Source of the DNA: Eledone cirrhosa
Lineage: Eukaryota
DNA: 64,000 bases
NCBI GenBank assembly: GCA_964016885.1
Contig: OZ024751.1
Location: 27,652,001-27,716,000, forward strand
Direction of reading: 5' to 3'
The position numbers were made by a program, and so were the translations under genes. Position 1 is the stretch's first letter. Every line of letters begins with the position of its first letter. A model generated the notes under the pieces. That model saw only the letters and a list, made by a program, of their open reading frames with translations. It was not told where the DNA came from and searched no databases. Below, one piece after another: positions 40,131 through 53,426 of the stretch.

Positions 40131-40509
40131 GTAATTAAACTGATTCTTTTTTCAGTTATATATGCTGTGCGATGTAAAACTACTGTGACTGGAAGTTTAC
40201 TGATTAGGTTAAACTTTGAACTGGCTTTTACCAATCTTACTGGGACTATAAAATCATATTTGAGCTTTGAATTATTCTTTGCCTTATATTGTATTATCAT
40301 CAAAATAGTGACCTTTCTTCAGGCTCTTATACGAGTTTATAAGATACTGTTAAAAGTAAATTTTGCTAAGAATGCATGTTTATGAAAAAACGTAATAGGG
40401 AAATAACTCCAAGTTGTAAATTTGAATGTTGAGATCAACCACGTATTTGTGTTGGTATACTATAAAAGAAGTATTGTATTATGTGGTGGTATATAATATA
40501 GAGACAGTA

Positions 40510-41770
40510 ATATTTATTTAGGTAAAAACCCATCCTCCCCCACTATTGACGTCAAACTCCCAAAATTCCGAATTGTAGAGATGTTAGAGCGAAAGGAAAT
40601 TGACATATGCTGCGTGCAAGAGACTAGATGGAGATGACAGTCAGCTAGGCTTCTTGTAGGTAAATATCAGTGCTATAAATTTTTCTGGGCGGGAAATGAC
40701 AATGGGTTGGGTGATGTAGGTATACTATTAGCTGACAAATGGGTAGATAAGATAATCTCCATGAACAGAGTGAACGCGAGAATCATTAAACTCAGACTAG
40801 TCTTAAATAAAACAATAGCTACAATTTTATCCGCTTATGCACCCCAATCTGGGTTGCCAGACAAACTTAAAGGATAGGTTTTATGAGGCCCCAATGCACA
40901 CTACTACTCTAATAAATGACAGTGACTTCCTAATCATTGCAGGGAACTTTAATGGACACGTTGGGAAATACTGTGACGGTTTCTACAGAGTCCATGGAGG
41001 CTACAAGTTTGGCACAAGAAATGAAGAAGGCTTCAAGCTTCTAGAATTCTGTGACGCCAATGATATGTTGATATGTAACACACCCGACAACCAGCTGATC
41101 ACCTATAGATCTAGGGAGCATACTAGTCAGGTAGATTTTATCCTTACCAGAGGATACGATAGATGGATGGTTATAAACACAAAAGCCTTTCCTGGCAAGG
41201 AATGTACCTGCCAACACAGTTACTAACTGAAAGCGCCCTCAGCCAGTAACAGATTTAGAGTTATTTTACTTGACACTTATGAGAGTAAAGAAGAACAGAT
41301 TGAAACATTCAATATAGAAGAGCACTGGGAGTTCCTAAAAAATAACTTACTAATGGCGATAGACGAGATCTGTGGATGGAGCAAGACCACAGGGAGAAAA
41401 AGAGTGACCTGGTGGTGGAACAATAAGGTAGATGAGGCAGTTAAGGCTAAGAGACAGGCATGGAAACAATGGAAGAAAGGGGGAAGCAAGGTACATTACA
41501 GAGAGACCAGGAAAGAAGCTAGGCCACAAGTATACTTAGCTGGAAGGGAAGTGGAGGATAGAAAATTCAAGCATGCTTTGCAGTGTGAGGACCAGAAACA
41601 GGTGTTCAGGATTGCAAAGCAGTGCGTTAGGGAAAATTGCGAGGTCATTGGTAAAAAGTGTGTCCAGGATGATAAAGGTGCACTTGCCTTCACAGGTGCC
41701 AAGAAGAAAGATGCGTGGAAGGGTCATTATGAAAGATTACTGAATAAAGAGAATGCATGGGTGAAAGAGA
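40510..41770 (+). mobile_element. RTE LINE 5' part (APE domain), interrupted; resumes at ~42817-43175
   Basis: IDICCVQETRW, SAYAP, IAGNFNGHVG, SQVDFIL, TWWWNNKVDEAVKAKR. Confidence 0.9.
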
Positions 41771-42200
41771 CCTTCCAAGATATCTTATATGGGACTCTTT
41801 TCTCCTTTAATTGCCAGACTTGTTTTGCCAAGGCTGTACTGGTTCTCATATCAGGATCCCTGAAGGGATGGAGATGCATGTAAAAACGTTTAAAATGATA
41901 TTTTACCATCAGAAAGCTGTCCTCTCCAACACCATTGTAATATCAAATCAGTTGAGTATGAGGTAGAGATTATACACAACACAAAATTCTGGAGTTAGTG
42001 AAAGATACATTGGTACAGTGAAAGATTGTTTTAAACAATGTTTTTACATGCATCTCCACTCCTTCAGATATCTTGATATGAGAACCAGTACAGCCCTGGT
42101 GAAAAAATCTGGCAATTAAAGGAGTCCCACATAAGATCTCATAAGTTTTGGCTTGTGCGTTCAGCAAAGCCTTTTCAAGGGTGTAGTAGTATTTATAGGG
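41770..42200. mobile_element. Penelope-like GIY-YIG endonuclease fragment present as an inverted pair
   Basis: Plus strand ERYIGTVKDCFKQCFYMHLHSFRYLDMRTSTAL (about 41998-42100); minus strand FKRFYMHLHPFRDPDMRTSTALAKQVWQLKEKRVPYKISWK (41770-41900). Confidence 0.8.
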
Positions 42201-44254
42201 TTTGAAAAAATCAGTCACTGGTGTTGGTTGTGTTTACCGCAGTAATAAACTGGTCAGATTGAGGAAGTGGGGGGGGGGGGGGGACAGACAGTGGTAAGTG
42301 TACCTGGACAGGTAAGGGGTCAGGAGAAGGAAGTAGTGGGTTAGGGGTGATTAGTGGTTAGAAGTGGAGTAGGAAGACAGGGGGCATAATGGACTTAGAA
42401 ACAGAAGGTGGAGGGAGGGGTTATTTATAGATGGGTCTTATAGGTTGAAAGAGTATTTTTTTAAGTGAAGAGTTAACATTAAATGAGCAAATGGTTAAAT
42501 AAAATAGTAAATAGGAACAAATAAGATCAGGTAAAGGTAAAATAGAGGGGTTTAAAAATAAGTTGAGTGGATTATATGGGTTGGTAACCAGTGGTGAAAT
42601 GTATGTACTATGTGTAAGTATACTGCATACACAGAGGCACACTGGGGAGTTATAGAATGTTTTGCATGAGAATACATGAAAGAGTCAGATATTACTTTAA
42701 TGGAAGGAGTGGGGGTGAGGTAAGCAATTAGCAGATAAATGAGTAGGTGGAAAGTGTGGGCAAGGTATACACAAACAGACACAGACACATTCATATAAGC
42801 ACACATGTATACAAAATGTCTTAAAGTTAACTTGTCAAAGACTAAAGTCCTAGCATATTGAAAGGAAATTAGGGCTCAGATTCCATCAGGGAAATGGCTT
42901 TGCTCATGTGGCTTTGCATGCAAGAAAGGAGTAAGTAGAAATTCCATCCTATGTCCTAATTGCAAACCATTGTTACATAAAAGATGTAGTGGGATCACAG
43001 GCTGGTTATCAAAGAATGTAGGTTTTATATGCACAAGTGCAATAAGTAGCATAAGCCCACAGGATACTAGCTCCTTTAAATGTCCAGACAGCTCTGTAGA
43101 AGTAATTGATAGTTTCTATTACCTAGATGACCGAATTAGCAGTGGATGAGGGTGTTCTGAAAGAACAGTAGCCATTCCTCTCATGTCGAATTTTTCTCTC
43201 AGTCCCTCCATGCTTCATCTTTCATGTGCACAAACACTAGAGATCCATTGGAGCATGCTTCATTTTTTCCTGTCCAGTCCTTGCATATCCTCTGCATTCA
43301 TATTATGTTGCACATACATACACTGTCTGTTGTCCATTCATTTCTAGTCATAATTTTGTATTTAGTTCTCTTTTTGTCGAAAGATTACATTCTTTGTTTT
43401 GTTTTGTTATTGTCTTTCATACATCCCCAGCAACAGAGCAATCATTTGATCTCTTGTGCAAACTGGCATCACAAGTGAAATATCACTTTAATGTGCAAAA
43501 CTGCATTGCTAGCAAGGTGGCTGATGAGGTAATATGCAGCTATTATTCGTCTTGTGCAAATGTGGGCATTTTCTTGTGTGTATATAATGTTTTATGAGTT
43601 TCAAAATGAAGAGAATCTTAAGCATTATGTCAACCGCACATTACACTTAAAGACCATAAGCAGATAAAAATATTTGTTCAACAATAAAATATATATAATT
43701 AATATACATATTTTATATTCCTTCATACTTAATGTTAAAGTGGTCAGTTCTCTCATCTATTATAGAATAATAGAATATCTGTCACTAAGTGGTTCAGTAA
43801 TATTCTTTTACTGGTTACAGTCACTCGACTGTGGCCATACTGGGGTGCTACCTTGAAGGGATATAGTTGATCTTATTGACCACCATGCTTATTTTTTCCA
43901 AATCTGGTACATATCTTGTTAAACTCTTCTTTATTGAACTGTTAAATTACAGGACATAAACTAACAATAACTGTAAACATACACACACATACTGCACATG
44001 CAAGAGAAATATATATATATATATATATACATACGATGGGCTTCAGCAATTTCTATCTACCAAATTCCACTTCAGCATACTGTAGGTAGTTCACCTGATC
44101 TCTAACTAAACCTATACACTATAGTATGGTTTGATGTCTTAATATATATGTTTTATCACAATTAGTTACTTAGACATAAATATTAGAATTTTACCTGATA
44201 CAATTATCTACACTTTTAATATAGAGCGTCTAATAAAATATGTCTATCTACTTT

Positions 44255-44665
44255 TACCTTACACTGTGTGTTAAATAACACACATATCTACACTTACAAT
44301 ATAGTGTATGTTCATAACACATATCTACACTTACATTACACTGTATGTTATATATCACACACACATCTACACTTACATCACACTGTATGTTATATACCAC
44401 ATATCCACACTTACATTACACTGTATGTTATATAACACAATCTACACTTACATCACACTGTATGTTATATACCACATATCTACACTTACAATATAGTGTA
44501 TGTTACACAACACATATCTACACTTACATCACACTGTATATTATATACCACATATCTACACTTACATTACACTGTATGTTATATAACAAACACACATCTA
44601 CACTTACATTACACTATGTTATATACCACATATCTACACTTACATCACACAGTATGTTATATAAC
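44255..44665. repeat. ~38-bp minisatellite
   Basis: Unit ATCTACACTTACATYACACTGTATGTTATATACCACAT. Confidence 0.9.
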
Positions 44666-45014
44666 TGGTGTTTCTATTTACATAAACTCTATATTGCCTA
44701 TTTCATGTCTATGTTCACATATAATCTATATTAGGGACATTAGATTAAGAATACCTCAATATTTGTTCCAGTTCTCTATGCTCTGTCCTTTTGGGGTTGA
44801 TCTGAGTTCAAATTCTTGGTGAGCTCAACTTTGCATTTCATCTTTTTGGGGTTGATAAACAATACAGGATTGATTTTTTTTTTTTTTTTTTTTTTTTTGT
44901 GTCAGGACAGTGCCTCTATGATTCCATTAAGCGTTAAGACCCTTTACTTTACTTTTACTATATTTACATATACTCTGATACCTAAATTATTAGTGATTAG
45001 GGTATTCACCTTTT

Positions 45015-45295
45015 GATAATCGTGAAATTGATTCCCAACAGCATATTGTGTCCTTGAACAATACACTTTATTTTGTGTTGCTCCAGTCCACTCAGATGAC
45101 AAAAATGAGTTGTACTTGTAATTTGAAAGGCCAACCTTGTCACATTCTGTGTCACGCTGAATCTCCCTGAGAACTACATTAAGGGTACATGTGTCTGTGG
45201 AATGTTCAGCCATTTGCATGTTAATTTCTCGAGCAGGTTGTTCCACTGATCAGATCAACTAGAACACTCATCGTCGTAACTGACAAAATCCAGTT
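45015..45295 (+). mobile_element. CORE-SINE, different tail subfamily
   Basis: TGTGTCCTTGAACAATACACTTTATTTTGTGTTGCTCCAGTCCACTCAG core. Confidence 0.7.
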
Positions 45296-45635
45296 TTATA
45301 TTTACATATACTCTATATCTAACTATGCCTATATTTACATATCTGTATTATGTAATCCATATCTAAAGTTAATTTCACCATTTTCACCAAATTCTAATTT
45401 CATAATAAATTTATTAAATTTCTTCATAATTCTCATAAGTTTATTTTTGTTTTCTTTCCATCAGATTCACAAGACTGTTATTCCTAAATAACCAAACTCA
45501 AAGAAAAAAAAACAGAACAAAAACCAAAACAAACAAAAGATGGATTTTGTTTGTTGTAACTGCTGATGAACCTCTAGAATACTGCTGTACCTTGGATTCT
45601 TCTCTCACTGAAATTATTTGCTCATTGCTGTAGTT

Positions 45636-46557
45636 ATGGTTGTTTACTGGGCTATGGAAGGGGAACGTATTTACATTGGTGGATCTTTATATATGAGCCA
45701 GGAGCAAAATGGGGAGGAAGGTGTCTTGCCCGATCGTATCTTTACCCACGAAGATGCGAAAATGCTGCGGCCTAGAAGCATTTTCCGCAAGAAATTTCTT
45801 CAGGGAGATGGAGGCAAAGAAGATGGTTTATCCGTGAATGATTCTGTTGTTGAAGAAAGGAACCCTGATGCCGATTTCAAAAAACCGTTAGCCAACTACC
45901 GCAAAGAAAAAATCGTCCATCGAATTCAGTGTGATGGAATACAAGACATTCAAGTTGTCGAAGTAGGCGATGATGAAGAATTAGATGAAAATGTTGCCAT
46001 ACCTGTTTCAAAGAAATCTAGAATTGATAAGCTGTGTGAGAAACTTCGAGAAAATTCATCCCTTCGGAAATCGGAAGATGTAAAACGCACCAGCCAGATG
46101 CAGGATGGTGTTTCTGTCCAGTCTTCACAAAACAATGTTCTTTTGAACCAGGAGAATGAATCTGTTAAAACTACAAGCACTGAGAGCAAACCTACCCAGA
46201 AACTTGCTATTTCAGAAGACACAACTAACTCAGAAAAAGATTCTTTAGATAAAACAGATTCTCCAAATCGGGAAACTGTTGTAACAAAAATCCCCTGTGA
46301 AAAGGAGTCAACTAAAATAATGGTCGACCAGCAGTTTTCTGAAGAAGAAGACACGAAAGATTCACTGAAAAAGAGTCTTTCTGCCCCCATTATTGCTACT
46401 GATACAACTGCTACTGCTACAACTGGTTCAAATGCTACTGCTATAACTACCTCTATTACTACTACTACTACAAATAATAATAATATAAGTACTTCTAATG
46501 CTGCTACTACTACTATTACTACTACTACTACTACTCCTACTACTACTACTCCTCCTC

Positions 46558-46601
<44 letters not shown>

Positions 46602-47921
46602 GCTGATGACGAGGATGAGGATGAAACCAAGAAGAATGCTGCTGAAATTATTGATACTCCCAAGTCTAATCTGGTTGAAATTCCTTGTCTCGAAAATTTA
46701 GATGAAACAAAAGAGGAATCTACCTCTTCAGTAGCAAAAGTTCCTCAAAAGTCTGCTAATGTCCATGAAATGTCTGTGGTGCTCTTTGACTGTCGAATTT
46801 CTCCTAGGGATTCTTGTTCCGCTTCGCTTTTTGAGCAGCAAGCCCTAATTTGTGATGAAGACTGCCGACAGTCCGCTCTACAGAAGAGCAAGCCGAAACC
46901 ACCTACATCGAGATGTACAATGCCTCGAATTACTACATCTGCCATCAGTCAGTTGCGCAACCAATTAAAAAGGGATCGCAAGAGAGTCTACCCCCTTCGT
47001 CCCCCTCCAGCCATTTCTACTTTATCTGCTCAGAAACCTCCTTCCTCTTCTATTACTACCACTACTACTACTACTACTACTTCTACTACTACTTCTTCTT
47101 TGTCTTCTTCTTCTTCCTCTTCTTCGTCTTCCTCTTCTTCTTCTCTTCAGCCATCTTTCATGTCTAAGCTGTCCCCATGGTCGACTGCAGCCAAAGTTCC
47201 CCCCTTCTACGCTAGTCAGTTCCAGTCTTTACACCCAGAAGCTTCCCCACCTAATCTTATGTCAACATTGACCTCCTCTCCATACAACCTCCACCACCAT
47301 CTACAGCAGCAGCAACATCAACAACAACAACAGCAACAACAACAACAACAACAGCAGCAGCAGCAACAACACCAACAACAACAACACCATCAACAACAAC
47401 AACAACAACAACAACATCACCTACATCACCATCACCAACAACAACAACAACAGCAGCAGCAAATGGCACATTTAAGAAACACAGCACCGTCCAGTTTATC
47501 ATTGCCCATACAAAAGATATCAAAGGAAAGTAAGAAGACCTATCCTCTTCTTACTCAAGCTTTGACATCAATGGCATCTCTGAATCATTCTTCTGCTTCC
47601 CAATTACGCCAGGAGTTGTATCTGACATCCAACTCTAGGAATCCTGCTACCCTGGGGAGAAGGCCTCTGCATTCTTCTTCATTACCCCCAGTTAGTCCTC
47701 ATTATATGCCAAACCCACAAGACAGGATGTGCATGAGGCCTGAGCCGATGGAAGAGCGGGATTTAAGAAGCTCTATTTTTTCAAGCCAGTTTGCATCTTT
47801 CATAGACCAGGTGAACAACCGACCAGTTCACTCAACAGAATTCACAGATTCCTACGCTCACCAACCAAACCAGTTCCCAAAATGGTTACACATGCAAAAC
47901 CAATTGCTGTCATATGACTGA
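45636..47921 (+). CDS. Uncharacterised ~761-aa low-complexity, probably disordered nuclear protein (poly-T, poly-S, poly-Q/H); CDS in one exon
   Basis: 2.3-kb stop-free frame with long non-repetitive stretches; in-frame TGA at 45609 upstream; first ATG at 45636 (alternative at 45654); strong acceptor TTTCTTTCCATCAG ending at 45464; basic NLS-like PVSKKSR and KRDRKR. Confidence 0.8.
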
Positions 47922-48235
47922 ACAAGATTATTATTACTGTCATCATCATCATCATCACCATCATCATCACCATCATCATCATTATTATTATTATTATTGT
48001 GTCTTTCAATGTCTTGTTTTCATCTCATATCACTGGATCTACACCATATTCCTGAGGTTATACAAGGTAGAAGTTATTACTTTGAGGACACCAACCTCCT
48101 CCATATTACATGTGCTGTTCCTAGGGGGATTGTTTTGAGGAATTCTTGTAAGGTGATGTTTCCTGGGATTTTGTTGGTGAATTTTTCCAGTCCCTTTTTC
48201 ATTGTTGTTGTTGTTATTATTAGTAGTAGTAGTAA

Positions 48236-48267
<32 letters not shown>

Positions 48268-48869
48268 TTAGGGGGTTCGACTGGCAGATAAAATGAATGT
48301 CCCAGCGCTTTTGTTTCATTTCTGAGTAGTGCAAATGTACCACAAAGGTGTCGACTTTACCCTCCATCCCGCCCTTTCCAAGGTGACATCGATAACAACA
48401 AAATAAAGTACCAGTCATGTACTGAGGGAGTGAGTCGACTATTTAAATTGACTATTCATCTCTCACACCTTACCACAAAAATAAAATTCTGGCATTGTGA
48501 CCATGCTAGAATTACGATTATGGATATTATTAGTTATGTTGTGATTGTTATTGTTGTTGTTGTTATTATTATCATCATTATTATTATTATTTAAATACAA
48601 GCCCAATAGAACCATTAAAAATGAAGAAAAACATAATAGAAAATATTAAAAAAAGGGCAGATGAAAATAAAAAGGACTATAGAGCCAAGCGTGCAAGCAA
48701 TGTGATGAAAAAACTTTAAAATGTCTGCCACTAACACAGTAAATTAAAAAAAAAACCAAAGACATCATGAACATCAGAAATACTTACAATGTATTCATGA
48801 TATTTGAAAAAAATAACAAAAAAACATTTGAAAAAATATATAATAATGAAAAAAAAAAAAATCACCCAC

Positions 48870-49251
48870 ATTAGTAAAATATATATATATATATTTATTT
48901 ATATATATATATAGTAAGATATATATATATTTATTTATATATATATATAGTAAATATATATATATATATAGTAAAATATATATATATATATTTATATATA
49001 TATATATTATTTATATATATATATATATATATAGTAAAATATATATATATAGTAAAATATATATATATAGTAAAATATATATATATATAGTAAAATATAT
49101 ATATATAGTAAATATATATATATATATATTTATTTATATATATATATATATAGTAAAATATATATATATATAGTAAATATATATATATATATATTTATTT
49201 ATAAATATATATATATTTATATATATATAGTAAAATATATATATATATATA

Positions 49252-49315
<64 letters not shown>

Positions 49316-49389
49316 GTAAAATATATATATATATATATATTTATTTATATATATATATATATATATAGTAAAATATATATATATATATA

Positions 49390-49424
<35 letters not shown>

Positions 49425-49800
49425 GTAAAATATATATATATATTTATTTATATATATATATATAGTAAAATATATATATATATTTATTTATATATAGTAA
49501 AATATATATATTTATATATATATATATAGTAAAATATATATATATATATTTATTTATATATAGTAAAATATATATATTTATATATATATATATAGTAAAA
49601 TATATATATATATATTTATTTATATATAGTAAAATATATATAGTAAGATATATATATATATATTTATTTATATATAGTAAAATATATATATTTATATATA
49701 TATATATATATATAGTAAAATATATATATATATATATATATTTATTTATATATATATATATAGTAAAACATATATATATATATTTATTTATATATAGTAA
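48870..49800. repeat. AT-rich compound microsatellite (TAGTAAAATATATA../TTTATTTATATA..)
   Basis: Directly visible. Confidence 0.95.
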
Positions 49801-50309
49801 AATAAATACTGAAATAACAACGACAGCCATATTATTATTACAAAGACAGAAAAATAGCAAAGTTAAATAACTTTAAAACAATATTTCTTCTTAATATATG
49901 AATAGTGGAAAAAAGTATATGTACAATGTAATAAAATTTTTAAAAATGAAATCCATTTCATACGCTTAAAAAAATATGTAAAAAATACTGCTGTGAATTG
50001 CTTGTGATGTCTGTGATGATGATCTAGAACTAAAACATTCTCATTATGCTTATTAAGAAATCATTATTATTATTATTATTATTTTTTATTCTTTGGTCTT
50101 GTGTCTTTTCCATCCATCATGTGCTATTTTTAGCATATTATTACTTGTTAAACCATTATTTTATTATTATTATTATTATTATTTGCAAATAGTTATTAAT
50201 AAAGTAAAATGTTTCACCTGCTAAAATTGGCATGGAGTTGAGAATCTATTTGATGAGTTTTGGATAAGTTGGCTAAACTTTGTTTTTCCAGCAAATTCAT
50301 CTACAGCAA

Positions 50310-50960
50310 TTCATCTACATCACAACATCTACATCACAACATCTACATCACTACATCTATATCACTACATAACTACATCTACATCACTACATATCTACAT
50401 CACTACATATCTACATCACTACATATCTACATCACTACATATCTACATCACTACATATCTACATCACTACATATCTACATCACTACATCACTACATCTAC
50501 ATCTACATAACTACATCGCTACATTTACATCACTACATCTACATCACTACATCTACATCACTACATCTACATCACTACATCTACATAACTACATCTACAT
50601 AACTACATCTACATCACTACATCAATACATCACTACATATCTACATCACTACATATCTACATCACTACATATCTACATCACTACATATCTACATCACTAC
50701 ATATCTACATCACTACATATCTACATCACTACATATCTACATATCTACATATCTACATCACTACATATCTACATCACTACATATCTACATCACTACATAT
50801 CTACATCACTACATATCTACATCACTACATATCTACATCACTACATATCTACATCACTACATAACTACATCTACATCACTACATCAATACATCTACATCA
50901 CTACAATACATCTACATCAATACATCTACATCACTACATCTACACACACAACACATCTAC
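50310..50960. repeat. CTACATCA/CTACATAT minisatellite
   Basis: Tandem 6-8-bp units forming a 16-bp period. Confidence 0.93.
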
Positions 50961-51269
50961 AGGTACAACACATTACCTATGCTAACATTGACCCGATGAA
51001 TTATTGGAAATGAATTTGTTAAATAAACTACGTATGTTCTTTAAATATGTTTGTTTCATTTTGCCAAGATCTAGTGTTTTTTAATAATAATAATAGAAAT
51101 AAATATATATATGTGTATGTATATATATGTATATTTATATATATCCTTTTTTTAGGGGGGGGGGGGATAAATCTCTCGCCTATCGTTCAAGCTCATAGAT
51201 GTTTTATTTTACAATTTTTAAGATTTAAATATTTTTTCGTCGAGTCCAGTACATTGTTTTTGTATAATG

Positions 51270-51307
<38 letters not shown>

Positions 51308-51910
51308 ATTATTATTATTAATCCTTCTCGTAGCCATGTTATGTAGAGACAATACCATTTAGTTTCGTCTCCAGCGATTTCTGACTCATTTTTCATTATC
51401 TTATCAATTCATAAAGTTTTTATTTAAAATTTCCTTTTATAATTTTTTAAAAGAGGTATTAAAAAAAAAAGAAATTCAATTGAAGTGTTTATATTTAAAT
51501 TATTTGTGTAATAATGTAATAAACAGCTGAATTAGATTGCCTAAAATACAAAACAACAATGCAGAACAGAAAGATTGACTTTAATGAAACAACATTTTTG
51601 TAAGGAGTGGGATTATAACAGACATACTAATATATACATATTATAAAAACACATACTAAAATATAAGAAAACATGTATATATATATATATATATACTTAA
51701 ATGTGTATATTTACATATGTGTGTGTGTGTGTATATATATATATATGAGGTGATAAAAGCTGACCGTAACCAATTACACCTCTCAAAGGCATATATATAT
51801 ATATATATCAAGTAAGTATGTTTTGAAACAGCGAGCAAGTGTGAAATTAGAAAATAGAAGCTTTCACCGTACTTTTTGACTAAATAAATTTTAGCCTGAT
51901 AGTGGGGTTT

Positions 51911-51978
51911 AGAACATGGGAGTTGAACCCACATCTTCGGTTATCCAGACCACTGTGCTACCATTACACCAACACATC
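51911..51978 (-). pseudogene. tRNA-like remnant / SINE head
   Basis: Reverse complement has TGGTGTAATGGTAGC (A box/D arm) and GGTTCAACTCCC (B box/T arm), but the acceptor stem does not pair. Confidence 0.45.
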
Positions 51979-52276
51979 AGCCATCTCCTTCTATTCAAAT
52001 TAGAAACTACATTCTTAGCAAGTATGATGACTAATATATATATATATATATATACATATATATTTATATATATATATACATATATATTTATATATATATA
52101 TACATATATATTTATATATATATATATACATATATATTTATATATATATATATACATATATATATATACATATATATTTATATATATATATATATTTATA
52201 TATATTTATATATATATATACATATATATTTATATATATTTATATATATATATACATACATATATATTTATATATT

Positions 52277-52307
<31 letters not shown>

Positions 52308-53426
52308 TTATATATATATATATATATATACATACACATATATATATATATATATATATAGGAACGAGTAGGACCCCGACCGTTTCGACGGCTAATTCTG
52401 GACTAATTGAAAATTTTTATCCTGTTAAATGAATAGCCGAACTTCTCAGGGGGTAATTCCATATATGGTAAAAGTGATTGTCACAAGGATTGGTCAAAAG
52501 TTTGTTGTTGAGACACATGATTCTATCATGGCATTTTGTGGAAGGTAGGGGTAGCTGAACTTGCCAGTAGAAGAAAGAGGGAGAGGGAGTGGAGGAAACC
52601 CAGTCGAGTGTTGAAAGTGACAACTACAGCAGGTTCAAAGGATAGGAGGTTGAAAAAAGTATACTAGGGAAGGGGAGGGGGGGGGACGGAAGTCGAAACA
52701 ATAAATAAATCTATATGGAGTAAATATATAGAAAAGTATAAAAAATATTAAAAATATCAAAAAAAAAACAATTTCTGGTTACTATTCCCTTTCCACAATC
52801 ATCAAATCTCTCACTGGTACTGCCAAACTATAAAAAAGTTTAATAGGTGGGACGGAATACTAAATACGAGATTGTAGTGAAAGAATTTTATGAGTTAGTA
52901 GTAATCGGCCAAATCTATCTTACAATGACAGGTCAACAAGTAAGGGGCCAAATACTAAAAAAAGAAAAACTAATACGAAATTAAAATTCAGAGTCCCGAA
53001 ACTAATACGAAATAAAAAAAAATAGATACTGATATACGAGAAAATAAAGCAGAAATACCACTAATCTAGAAATCACGGAAATGGGGCATCAATTAGAGAA
53101 GAAAGCAAGTATCTGGGGTCTAGCACATCTGCTATAAAAAGCGGAATCGGCATATTCTATCATAGAATAAGGGGGGGGGGTGCGGATACTGAGGCTACAG
53201 AGGACCGAAGGGCTGCCTCGGGGTGGGCGAGAAGGTGAAAAGAAGGAGATCTGGGTTGGAAGGGATGGGGGAAAGAAGGAAACGATAAAAAATATATAAG
53301 AAAATCCATACAAAAAAGTTACGTCTACCTACAAAGGTAGACGTAACTTTTTATGTATATATATATACATAATATTTTTATGTATGTATATATACATGTC
53401 TATATATATATATATATACATGTATA

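Noticed and set aside
45950-46663. 237-aa antisense ORF with poly-V (also the poly-L ORF at 46498)
   Set aside because: Shadow frames of the trinucleotide tracts in the + strand ORF.
51911-51978. Functional tRNA gene
   Set aside because: The acceptor stem does not pair; treated as a remnant or SINE head.
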